A program made the translations under genes and the position numbers. Below, in pieces: positions 10,692 to 17,829 of a stretch of 17,961 nt of DNA. Positions within the stretch are counted from its first letter, which is position 1. Each line of letters starts with the position of its first letter. The DNA is from Coprothermobacterota bacterium (lineage in GTDB: Bacteria > Coprothermobacterota > HKB111), in assembly GCA_037440465.1 (NCBI GenBank), contig JBBIUB010000019.1, forward strand, positions 1 to 17,961, given 5' to 3'. The notes beneath the pieces are model-generated. The model ran no database searches, had not been told where the DNA came from, and saw nothing but the letters and a program-made list of their open reading frames with translations.

Positions 10692-11440
10692 TAGGTGTAT
10701 CGATTAAGACCGATAGAGAGCTAGTTCTTATGAGAAAAGCTGGAAATATAGTGGCTGTTGTATTACAAGAGCTAAAATCTTCTTTGTTACCTGGTGTTGA
10801 GACAATGGAACTTGAAAGAAAAGCTCTTTTCCTTATTAAGACCCTTGGGGGAAAACCAGCTTTCCTTGGATATCGAGGATACCCTTATTCTATTTGTGTT
10901 TCAGTAAACTCTGAAGTAGTTCATGGGTTTCCATCGTCATATATTCTTAAAGAAGGGGATTTAGTATCTATCGATGTGGGAGTTGAATATGATGGGTACA
11001 TGGCTGATGCAGCTATTACAGCAGGGGTCGGTAAAATAACTCAAGTAGCAGAGAGGCTTATTAAGGTAACCAACGAAGCACTAAATCGAGGTTTGAAAGA
11101 AGCTAAAGGGGATAATGAACTAAGAAATGTTAGTAATAAAATTCATAGTTGGGTTGAAGAATCAGGCTTCTCTGTAGTTCGAGATTTTGTTGGTCATGGT
11201 ATTGGTAAAAACCTACATGAGAGTCCTTCAGTGCCAAATTTTTCTATTCCATTTTCAACTCTTAAGCTGAAAGAAGGAATGACTCTGACCATAGAACCGA
11301 TGGTTACCAGTGGTAGAGGAGAAACTTATATTGATAAAAATGGTTGGACTGCTAAGACTAAAGATTGTAGTTTGGCAGCGCATTTTGAGCATACTGTATT
11401 AGTAACAGAACAAGGAGGGGAGGTCTTTACATCCCTATAG
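10679..11440 (+). CDS. map: Methionine aminopeptidase type I
   Basis: [33 protein letters not shown] metal ligands; TTG start after GGGAGG (exact start uncertain). Confidence 0.97.
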   Translation: MSGVIGVSIKTDRELVLMRKAGNIVAVVLQELKSSLLPGVETMELERKALFLIKTLGGKPAFLGYRGYPYSICVSVNSEVVHGFPSSYILKEGDLVSIDVGVEYDGYMADAAITAGVGKITQVAERLIKVTNEALNRGLKEAKGDNELRNVSNKIHSWVEESGFSVVRDFVGHGIGKNLHESPSVPNFSIPFSTLKLKEGMTLTIEPMVTSGRGETYIDKNGWTAKTKDCSLAAHFEHTVLVTEQGGEVFTSL

Positions 11441-11441
11441 C

Positions 11442-11666
11442 ATGAAAAAACAAGAGGTTATTGAAGTAGAGGGCAAGGTTCTGGAAGCTTTACCAAATGC
11501 TACCTTTCGTGTTGAAGTGGAGGGAGGTCATAAGGTTCTGGCTTATTTGAGTGGCCGTATGAGAATGAATTATATAAAGATTGTACCTGGCGATAGAGTC
11601 AAACTGGAAATCTCGCCTTACGATTTAACTAAAGCGAGGATAGTCTATCGTTTGGCTCTTACCTGA
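11442..11666 (+). CDS. infA: Translation initiation factor IF-1
   Basis: [34 protein letters not shown]. Confidence 0.98.
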   Translation: MKKQEVIEVEGKVLEALPNATFRVEVEGGHKVLAYLSGRMRMNYIKIVPGDRVKLEISPYDLTKARIVYRLALT

Positions 11667-11691
11667 TAGAAGCAAGGAGGATGTTTTTTAA

Positions 11692-11808
11692 GTGAAAGTA
11701 AGAGTTTCAGTAAAGAAAATATGTGCAAAGTGTAAAGTAATAAGAAGAGAAGGGGTTGTTTATATTATTTGCGAGAACCCCAAACATAAACAGAGACAGG
11801 GTAAATAA
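11692..11808 (+). CDS. rpmJ: 50S ribosomal protein bL36 (C+ form), not in the ORF track
   Basis: Hand translation from [41 protein letters not shown] (38 aa); SD AAGGAGG at 11674-11680. Confidence 0.97.
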   Translation: MKVRVSVKKICAKCKVIRREGVVYIICENPKHKQRQGK

Positions 11809-11819
11809 AGGAGGTATTA

Positions 11820-12194
11820 ATGGCCCGTATAGTAGGCGTGGACTTACCTAAAAATAAGAAGCTTGAATTCGCTTTACGTTACATTTATGGCATAGGACCA
11901 ACAAATGTTTACGATGTTTTAACAGATACTCAGATAAATGGCGAGATTAGAGTGAAAGATCTAACCCCTGAACAAGTTCAAAAGCTACAAGATGTAGTAA
12001 GTACTAAATATCGTGTAGAAGGTGATTTGAGAAAAGAGACTCACCTTGATATAAGAAAATTAATTGATATAGGTTCATATCGTGGGTTGAGACATAAGAG
12101 GGGTCTTCCCGTAAGGGGACAAAGAACCCGTACTAATGCTCGAAGCAGAAAAGGTCCACGAAGATTAGTGGGTGCTAGGAAAGGTAAGAAATAG
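11820..12194 (+). CDS. rpsM: 30S ribosomal protein uS13
   Basis: MARIVGVDLP, YIYGIG, YRGLRHKRGLPVRGQRTRTNAR. Confidence 0.99.
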   Translation: MARIVGVDLPKNKKLEFALRYIYGIGPTNVYDVLTDTQINGEIRVKDLTPEQVQKLQDVVSTKYRVEGDLRKETHLDIRKLIDIGSYRGLRHKRGLPVRGQRTRTNARSRKGPRRLVGARKGKK

Positions 12195-12205
12195 GAGGTT
12201 ATTGA

Positions 12206-12601
12206 ATGCCAGTTAGAAAGCAGATTAAGAGGAAGAAAAAAGAAAAAAGAAATGTGCCCATAGCAGTAGCTCATATCCATTCAAGTTTTAACAATACTAT
12301 TATCACTATTACTGACCATAGTGGTGATACGCTTTGCGCAACATCAGCTGGTATAGCTGGTTTTAAGGGTACAAGAAAGGGCACACCTTTTTCAGCTCAG
12401 ATTGCAGCAGAAGGGTTAGCTAAAAAAGCAAAGGCAGATTTCGGGGTAATGGAGGTCGATATTCAAGTTCAAGGTCCGGGTCCTGGTAGAGAGACAGCAA
12501 TAAGAGCTTTACAAGCTCACGGTCTTGAAGTAAGAAGCATAAGAGATGTGACTCCTATTCCTCATAATGGATGCCGTCCGCCTAAAAGGCGTAGAACTTA
12601 A
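12206..12601 (+). CDS. rpsK: 30S ribosomal protein uS11
   Basis: [35 protein letters not shown]. Confidence 0.99.
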   Translation: MPVRKQIKRKKKEKRNVPIAVAHIHSSFNNTIITITDHSGDTLCATSAGIAGFKGTRKGTPFSAQIAAEGLAKKAKADFGVMEVDIQVQGPGPGRETAIRALQAHGLEVRSIRDVTPIPHNGCRPPKRRRT

Positions 12602-12616
12602 TAGGAGGCTTGTTAA

Positions 12617-13246
12617 GTGGCGCGATATAGAGGTCCAGATTGTCGTATTTGTAGGAGAGAAGGAGAAAAACTATTTCTCAAAGGAGAAAAATGTCTTTCC
12701 AGTAGATGTATTCTGATTAAGCGAGGAAGCCCTCCAGGTCAAGTTGTTCTTCGTAGGAGTAGCCCAACAGCTTATGGAATAAGGTTAAGGGTTAAACAAA
12801 AGCTTAAAAGAATCTACGGTTTATTAGAATCTCAATTCAGGAGGTTTTTTGACTTAGCAGGTCGGCAAAGAACTATTCCCCATGGGGAGAAGCTTATTGA
12901 ACTTCTTGAACGTCGCCTTGATAATGTTGTTTACCGAATGAATTTTGCTCCTTCCAGGGATAGTGCCAAGCAGATGGTAACTCATGGTCATATAACAGTC
13001 AACGATGGAAAGGTGTATTCCCCTTCTTATATTGTTAAGATAGGTGAAGTTATTAAACTTAAATCTGATATAGCCAGAACACCTCAAGTTGAGCAATATC
13101 TTGAATTAACCAGAAATAGAAATCTTCCTCCCTGGATAGAACTTCTATCAGATGGGATTAGCGGAACGGTAGTTGAATTACCAAAACGCTCTATGATTGA
13201 ACTTCCGGTTGATGAGAGATTAGTAGTTGAGTTTTATTCTCGCTAA
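12617..13246 (+). CDS. rpsD: 30S ribosomal protein uS4 (Cys4 zinc form)
   Basis: MARYRGPDCRICRREG, KC..RC, LERRLDNVVYR, VEFYSR; GTG start. Confidence 0.98.
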   Translation: MARYRGPDCRICRREGEKLFLKGEKCLSSRCILIKRGSPPGQVVLRRSSPTAYGIRLRVKQKLKRIYGLLESQFRRFFDLAGRQRTIPHGEKLIELLERRLDNVVYRMNFAPSRDSAKQMVTHGHITVNDGKVYSPSYIVKIGEVIKLKSDIARTPQVEQYLELTRNRNLPPWIELLSDGISGTVVELPKRSMIELPVDERLVVEFYSR

Positions 13247-13260
13247 AGGTGAGGTGAGGA

Positions 13261-14178
13261 ATGATTTCATTTACTGAAGGAGTAGAAGTAATACAGGAGG
13301 TTTTAACTCCTGAATATCTTAAAGTGGTCATTTCACCTTTATTTAAAGGATATGGGACTACTCTTGGTAATTCTCTTCGTAGAGTCCTTCTTTCGAGCAT
13401 CGAGGGTTCCAAAATTGTTGCCCTTAGATTTAATAATCTTCCCCATGAGTTTACCTATATACCTGGAATTAAAGAAGATGGTTCAAGAATTATATTAAAT
13501 GCAAGGAATTTAGTTGTAGATTTAATAGGTGACTATACATCTGAGAATCCTAAACTTGTAACAGTTAGAAAGTATGGACCTGGCACAATATCTGGAGCAG
13601 ACATTGTTGATGGAGAAGTAAGAGTGGTAAATCCAGAACACATCATTGTATCTGTAGAAGATGAGATGATGGTAGAAATCGACTTATATTTAGCTAAAGG
13701 TATTGGATATGTTTCATATGTGATTAATAAAGAATCAAATAGTAATTATCCAACTGAAACGATAGTTGTAGATACTTTTTATTCCCCTGTAATGAAAGTA
13801 AATTTTCAGGTTGAGCCTACCAGAGTGGGAAGGGAAATAGACTATGATAAGCTTACGATGGAATTGTGGGTGAATAAAGCAGTAGATCCATGGTCTGCCT
13901 TCAGGAAGGCAGTTAGTATTTTAAAATCACACCTTGAAGTTCTTGAAAAACCAACTTTAATTAGTGAAAAAATAGAATTTCAAAAATCTCCAATCCAGGC
14001 GTTGGAACTTAAGAAAAGAATAGAGGATATTCTTCTCCGTGAAGGATATTCTACTATTGGTAAGTTAATTGCAAAGGATAAAGATGAAATTCTTGAATTG
14101 AAAGGCTTGGGCGTGAAAGCACTTGAGGAGATAGAGACTAAATTGGCAGAAAGGGGATTAAACCTTAAAGGAGGCTAA
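13261..14178 (+). CDS. rpoA: DNA-directed RNA polymerase subunit alpha (divergent)
   Basis: GYGTTLGNSLRRVLLSS, HEF..IPG.KED, YSPVMKVNFQVE.TRVG..DYDKL, HhH-type CTD; between rpsD and rplQ. Confidence 0.96.
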   Translation: MISFTEGVEVIQEVLTPEYLKVVISPLFKGYGTTLGNSLRRVLLSSIEGSKIVALRFNNLPHEFTYIPGIKEDGSRIILNARNLVVDLIGDYTSENPKLVTVRKYGPGTISGADIVDGEVRVVNPEHIIVSVEDEMMVEIDLYLAKGIGYVSYVINKESNSNYPTETIVVDTFYSPVMKVNFQVEPTRVGREIDYDKLTMELWVNKAVDPWSAFRKAVSILKSHLEVLEKPTLISEKIEFQKSPIQALELKKRIEDILLREGYSTIGKLIAKDKDEILELKGLGVKALEEIETKLAERGLNLKGG

Positions 14179-14183
14179 AAGTT

Positions 14184-14534
14184 ATGAGGCATAAAGTAAC
14201 TTATCGTAAATTGGGACGGACAACCAGTCATAGGCGGAGTCTCTTAAGATCTCTTGCCACTTCTCTTATACTTCATGGACGTGTAACTACCACAGAACCA
14301 AAGGCTAAGGAAGTTCAGAGAATAGTAGCAAAAGTAATGAATCTGGCAAAAAGAGATAACCTTTCTTCAAATTATTATCTGAGATCTTTTCTTTTTTCCA
14401 GGGAAGCTTTTTATAAATTGACCAAAGAATTAACTCCAAAGTATAAAGAACGTCCAGGTGGTTATACACGCTTATTACCCCTTCCTCCAAGGAAAGGAGA
14501 TGGGGCGGAAATGGCCCTCATAGAATGGGTCTAA
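14184..14534 (+). CDS. rplQ: 50S ribosomal protein bL17
   Basis: MRHK..RKLGRTTSHR, TTEPKAKE, RPGGYTR, RKGDGAEMALIE. Confidence 0.98.
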   Translation: MRHKVTYRKLGRTTSHRRSLLRSLATSLILHGRVTTTEPKAKEVQRIVAKVMNLAKRDNLSSNYYLRSFLFSREAFYKLTKELTPKYKERPGGYTRLLPLPPRKGDGAEMALIEWV

Positions 14535-15368
14535 TTGATAGAGGTCAAAGAAGTATTCTATAGTTTTAGAAAAGGAACTCCACAAGAGATAAAAGCTCTA
14601 AGCGGGGTTTCCTTTTCTATATATCCAGGTGAATTTGTTTCTATCATTGGGCCAAACGGTTCAGGAAAATCTACATTAGCAAAACATCTCAATGCTCTTT
14701 TGATTCCACAAGAAGGAGATGTTTATGTTTGTGGTCTAAACACAAAAAAAGCTGAGCCATATCTTATAAAGAGGATAGTAGGTATGGTGCTTCAAAATCC
14801 TGAGAATCAAGCAGTAGCTTCTGTAGTAGAAGAAGATGTAGCCTTTGGCCCTGAAAATCTTGGTCTTCCTTCAAGCGAGATAGTTAAGAGAATAGAAGAA
14901 GCATTGAGAAGTGTAGGTTTATGGGAATATCGTCAATATCCTTCGCATCTTCTATCTGGAGGACAGAAACAAAAACTGGCAATCGCCTCTATTCTTGCAA
15001 TGGAACCTGAATATTTAATTCTTGATGAAGCTACTAATCTTTTAGACCATGTTGGTCGTTCAGAAGTCATTGAAGTAATAAATTTCCTAAACAGTAAGAA
15101 AAAAGTAGCAGTGATTCAAATAACTTCTTCAATGGAAGAAGTTCTATTGTCTAAAAAGGTTGCTGTGATGAACAATGGTCGTATTATTCTCACAGGTTCA
15201 CCGGAAAAAGTATTTGTAAATTCAGAAATTTTGAGAAAAACCAATTTGGAAGCCCCAGATGTTGTAAAACTTTCCCAGGAATTCATACAACTTGGTATTC
15301 TTGATAGAGTTTGTTTCGCTGAGGAGGATTTAGTTAGTTCACTATGCTCGTTAAGATTAAAGAATTAA
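14535..15368 (+). CDS. ecfA1: ECF transporter ATPase EcfA1 (CbiO family)
   Basis: Walker A GPNGSGKST, QNPENQ, VEEDVAFGPENLG, LSGGQKQ, LILDE; typical position after rplQ. Confidence 0.93.
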   Translation: MIEVKEVFYSFRKGTPQEIKALSGVSFSIYPGEFVSIIGPNGSGKSTLAKHLNALLIPQEGDVYVCGLNTKKAEPYLIKRIVGMVLQNPENQAVASVVEEDVAFGPENLGLPSSEIVKRIEEALRSVGLWEYRQYPSHLLSGGQKQKLAIASILAMEPEYLILDEATNLLDHVGRSEVIEVINFLNSKKKVAVIQITSSMEEVLLSKKVAVMNNGRIILTGSPEKVFVNSEILRKTNLEAPDVVKLSQEFIQLGILDRVCFAEEDLVSSLCSLRLKN

Positions 15369-16204
15369 CTTTTATTTATGGCGAAGGACTTCCCTGGCAA
15401 AAAAAAGCTCTTGATAATATATCTCTATCGATTAACAAAGGAGATATTTATGCTATTATGGGAAGTACCGGTTCAGGTAAGTCCACTTTAATACAGCATT
15501 TTAATGGTTTATTGTTCCCAACATCCGGTACCGTGGTAGTTAATGGGATAGAAATAAAATCAGGGGTAGATTTAAAAAAATTAAGAAAGGAAGTCGGCCT
15601 CGTGTTTCAGTTTCCAGAGCAACAGTTATTTGGGGAGACTGTACTGGAAGACATATCTTTTGGTCTTAAGAAATTAGGACTTAATGTTTTAGAAAATGAA
15701 GAAAGAATCACAGAATCACTTGATCTTGTAGGACTTGAGCCAGAAAAATTTTTAAATAGAAGCCCCCTTTACTTGAGTGGGGGTGAAAAGCGAAAGGTTG
15801 CATTGGCTGGTGTTCTTTCAATGAAACCTTCTATTCTGGTATTGGACGAACCTACAGCTGGTCTAGACCCTCATAGTAGAATTGATATCATGGCATCTCT
15901 GCTTGACTACATCAAGAAGAATGAAGCTACCATGGTTATTGTTTCTAACAAGCTTGATGAAATTGCAAACTGTTGTAATAGAGGGTTAGTTCTTCATGAA
16001 GGATTTGTAATCTTTGAAGGTTCTTTTTTAGATCTTTTTCAGTATCCTGATATCCTATTTAGAGCAGGATTAGAACTTCCTTTTTTCCCCCGCTTATACC
16101 ATCGCCTAAAAGAAAAGGATTTGAAGCTCTCAAGGATACCATTAACCAGAGAGGATTTTACTCTCGGAGTTAGAAAATGTTTAGCTTCTCACAGGTTATT
16201 TTAG
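15344..16204 (+). CDS. ecfA2: ECF transporter ATPase EcfA2
   Basis: GSTGSGKSTLIQHFNGLL, VGLVFQFPEQQLF, LSGGEKRKVALAG, LDEPTAGLDP. Confidence 0.93.
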   Translation: MLVKIKELTFIYGEGLPWQKKALDNISLSINKGDIYAIMGSTGSGKSTLIQHFNGLLFPTSGTVVVNGIEIKSGVDLKKLRKEVGLVFQFPEQQLFGETVLEDISFGLKKLGLNVLENEERITESLDLVGLEPEKFLNRSPLYLSGGEKRKVALAGVLSMKPSILVLDEPTAGLDPHSRIDIMASLLDYIKKNEATMVIVSNKLDEIANCCNRGLVLHEGFVIFEGSFLDLFQYPDILFRAGLELPFFPRLYHRLKEKDLKLSRIPLTREDFTLGVRKCLASHRLF

Positions 16205-16971
16205 GCCAATATCTTCCTGGCAAAACATTTTTTCATCGTCTTGATCCCCGTTCAAAAATATTAAGTTTTATCATTATAACCATTGGGTTATTAGGTACTG
16301 ACAAACTCTGGGTTATTTTTACATATTTGGCTTCTCTGTACTTTCTCTACTATCTTACCGAACTTCCTGTTAAATATGTGATTCGTGGCTTGAAGCCTAT
16401 GATATGGCTTCTTCTAATCACTTCTTTACTACATTTACTCTTTACTCCTGGGAAGACTATCATGAATATATTTTTTCTCAAAATAACAGAAGAAGGAGTT
16501 AGACAGGCTTATTTTATGGGAGGGAGACTTATAACTATTGTAGGGTTTTCACTTCTTCTTACTTATACTACTTCTCCACTCGATTTAACAGATGGGATAG
16601 GAAGGTTACTTAAGCCATTATCATTTCTCGGTTTACCAGTCCAAGACTTTACATTAATGATGAGTATAGCCATGAGATTCATACCAATTCTTTATGAAGA
16701 GGCTGATAGAATAACAAAAGCCCAAATATCAAGGGGTGCAGATTTCGGTAGTGGAAATCTTATAGAAGGAGCCAGAAATTTTATGCCATTATTTATTCCT
16801 CTACTTTTATGTATTTTCAGGAGAGCTGATGAATTAGCTTTAGCTATGGAAATCCGTGGATATAGAAGTGAAGGAAAAAGAACAAGAATGAGAGAACTGA
16901 AAATGAAAATTAGTGATTATTTTACTCTTATCCTTCTAATTTTATTAACTGTGGTAGTGTATATAGTATGA
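16177..16971 (+). CDS. ecfT: ECF transporter transmembrane T component
   Basis: HRLDPRSK, SIAMRFIP, two coupling-helix Arg motifs (ISRG, EIRGY); hydrophobic segments. Confidence 0.94.
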   Translation: MFSFSQVILGQYLPGKTFFHRLDPRSKILSFIIITIGLLGTDKLWVIFTYLASLYFLYYLTELPVKYVIRGLKPMIWLLLITSLLHLLFTPGKTIMNIFFLKITEEGVRQAYFMGGRLITIVGFSLLLTYTTSPLDLTDGIGRLLKPLSFLGLPVQDFTLMMSIAMRFIPILYEEADRITKAQISRGADFGSGNLIEGARNFMPLFIPLLLCIFRRADELALAMEIRGYRSEGKRTRMRELKMKISDYFTLILLILLTVVVYIV

Positions 16972-17690
16972 AGAAATATCTTCTACAGGTTTCTTATTGT
17001 GGGGATGAGTTTTATGGTTCTCAGATTCAAAAGGAAAGCCGTACAGTTGAGAAAGTATTAAAAGACGTAGTAAGTATTCTGTTAAGGGAAGATACAAATG
17101 TAAGGCTTTTAAGCAGGACAGACAGGGGAGTGCATGCAATAAGAGCCTGGGGTTTTTTTAAAAGTGAGGATATACTTGAAGAAGCTATCTTTCTAAAAAA
17201 AATTAATGCTATTCTCCCACCTGATTTAAAAGCTTTCAAACTCAAAGAAGTATGTACAGACTTTAACCAACTTAAGGAGAGAAAAAGTAAAACCTACCTA
17301 TATATGATATATTCCCATCCTTATTTTTTCCCCCCTTTCTTAGTGAAGAGAGCTATATATGTGAAAGAAGAGTTAGATGTATCTTTAATGAAAGAAGCAG
17401 CTGGTTATCTGGAAGGTATTCATGATTTTACCCCCTTTTCAGCTACCGGAAGTCCAAGAAATAGTGGAGTTAGACACCTTAATAGAGTTAAAATCATAAA
17501 AAAAGATAATCTTTTCGTTTTTTATTTCAAGGGAGAAGGGTTTCTCTATAAGATGGTTCGACTTATGGTGGGTATTCTTTTGGAAATTGGTAAAGGTAAA
17601 TGTCCTCCATCAATAATAATAGATATTTTAGGTGGGAAGAAATACCGAAGGAAGGTTGCCCCACCTTATGGACTTTATCTGATAAGTTAA
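16968..17690 (+). CDS. truA: tRNA pseudouridine(38-40) synthase TruA (divergent, slightly short)
   Basis: RTDRGVHA with catalytic Asp, GIHDFTPF, GFLYKMVRLMVG, APPYGLYL; ATGA overlap with ecfT. Confidence 0.92.
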   Translation: MKKYLLQVSYCGDEFYGSQIQKESRTVEKVLKDVVSILLREDTNVRLLSRTDRGVHAIRAWGFFKSEDILEEAIFLKKINAILPPDLKAFKLKEVCTDFNQLKERKSKTYLYMIYSHPYFFPPFLVKRAIYVKEELDVSLMKEAAGYLEGIHDFTPFSATGSPRNSGVRHLNRVKIIKKDNLFVFYFKGEGFLYKMVRLMVGILLEIGKGKCPPSIIIDILGGKKYRRKVAPPYGLYLIS

Positions 17691-17731
17691 GCATCTCTGG
17701 CATGGTCCAAGGGTTCAAGGATTCTGTAATA

Positions 17732-17829
17732 TTACTTGTCACAGTTTTTCTTTCACATGTCACATGTTACAGTTTACACATTAGGGATTTTCCATCACAT
17801 ATCACAAATCACATGTCAATCATCAGGAT
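17732..17829. repeat. Degenerate 7-nt tandem repeat, consensus T(C/T)ACANN
   Basis: 14 in-phase heptamers: TTACTTG TCACAGT TTTTCTT TCACATG TCACATG TTACAGT TTACACA TTAGGGA TTTTCCA TCACATA TCACAAA TCACATG TCAATCA TCAGGAT. Confidence 0.8.

Noticed and set aside
11681..11695. Mini-ORF ATG TTT TTT AAG TGA (MFFK*) overlapping the rpmJ GTG
   Set aside because: The ATG abuts the SD with zero spacing, so initiation is unlikely; no support for a leader peptide.
13247..13260. Tandem AGGTGAGGTGAGG before rpoA
   Set aside because: Explained as a redundant Shine-Dalgarno sequence.
677..17245. Short antisense and alternate-frame ORFs in the track (677..883, 2358..2576, 3521..3850, 3887..4132, 4706..4888, 4958..5191, 7015..7212, 7136..7408, 7830..8018, 8358..8579, 8599..8811, 12041..12280, 12854..13096, 13191..13412, 14305..14490, 16945..17139, 17027..17245)
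   Set aside because: All overlap conserved housekeeping genes and show no recognisable motifs; they are expected shadow ORFs.
17739..17815. TCACA motifs as CRP-family sites
   Set aside because: All copies are in the same orientation at 7-nt spacing, with no TGTGA-N6-TCACA palindrome.
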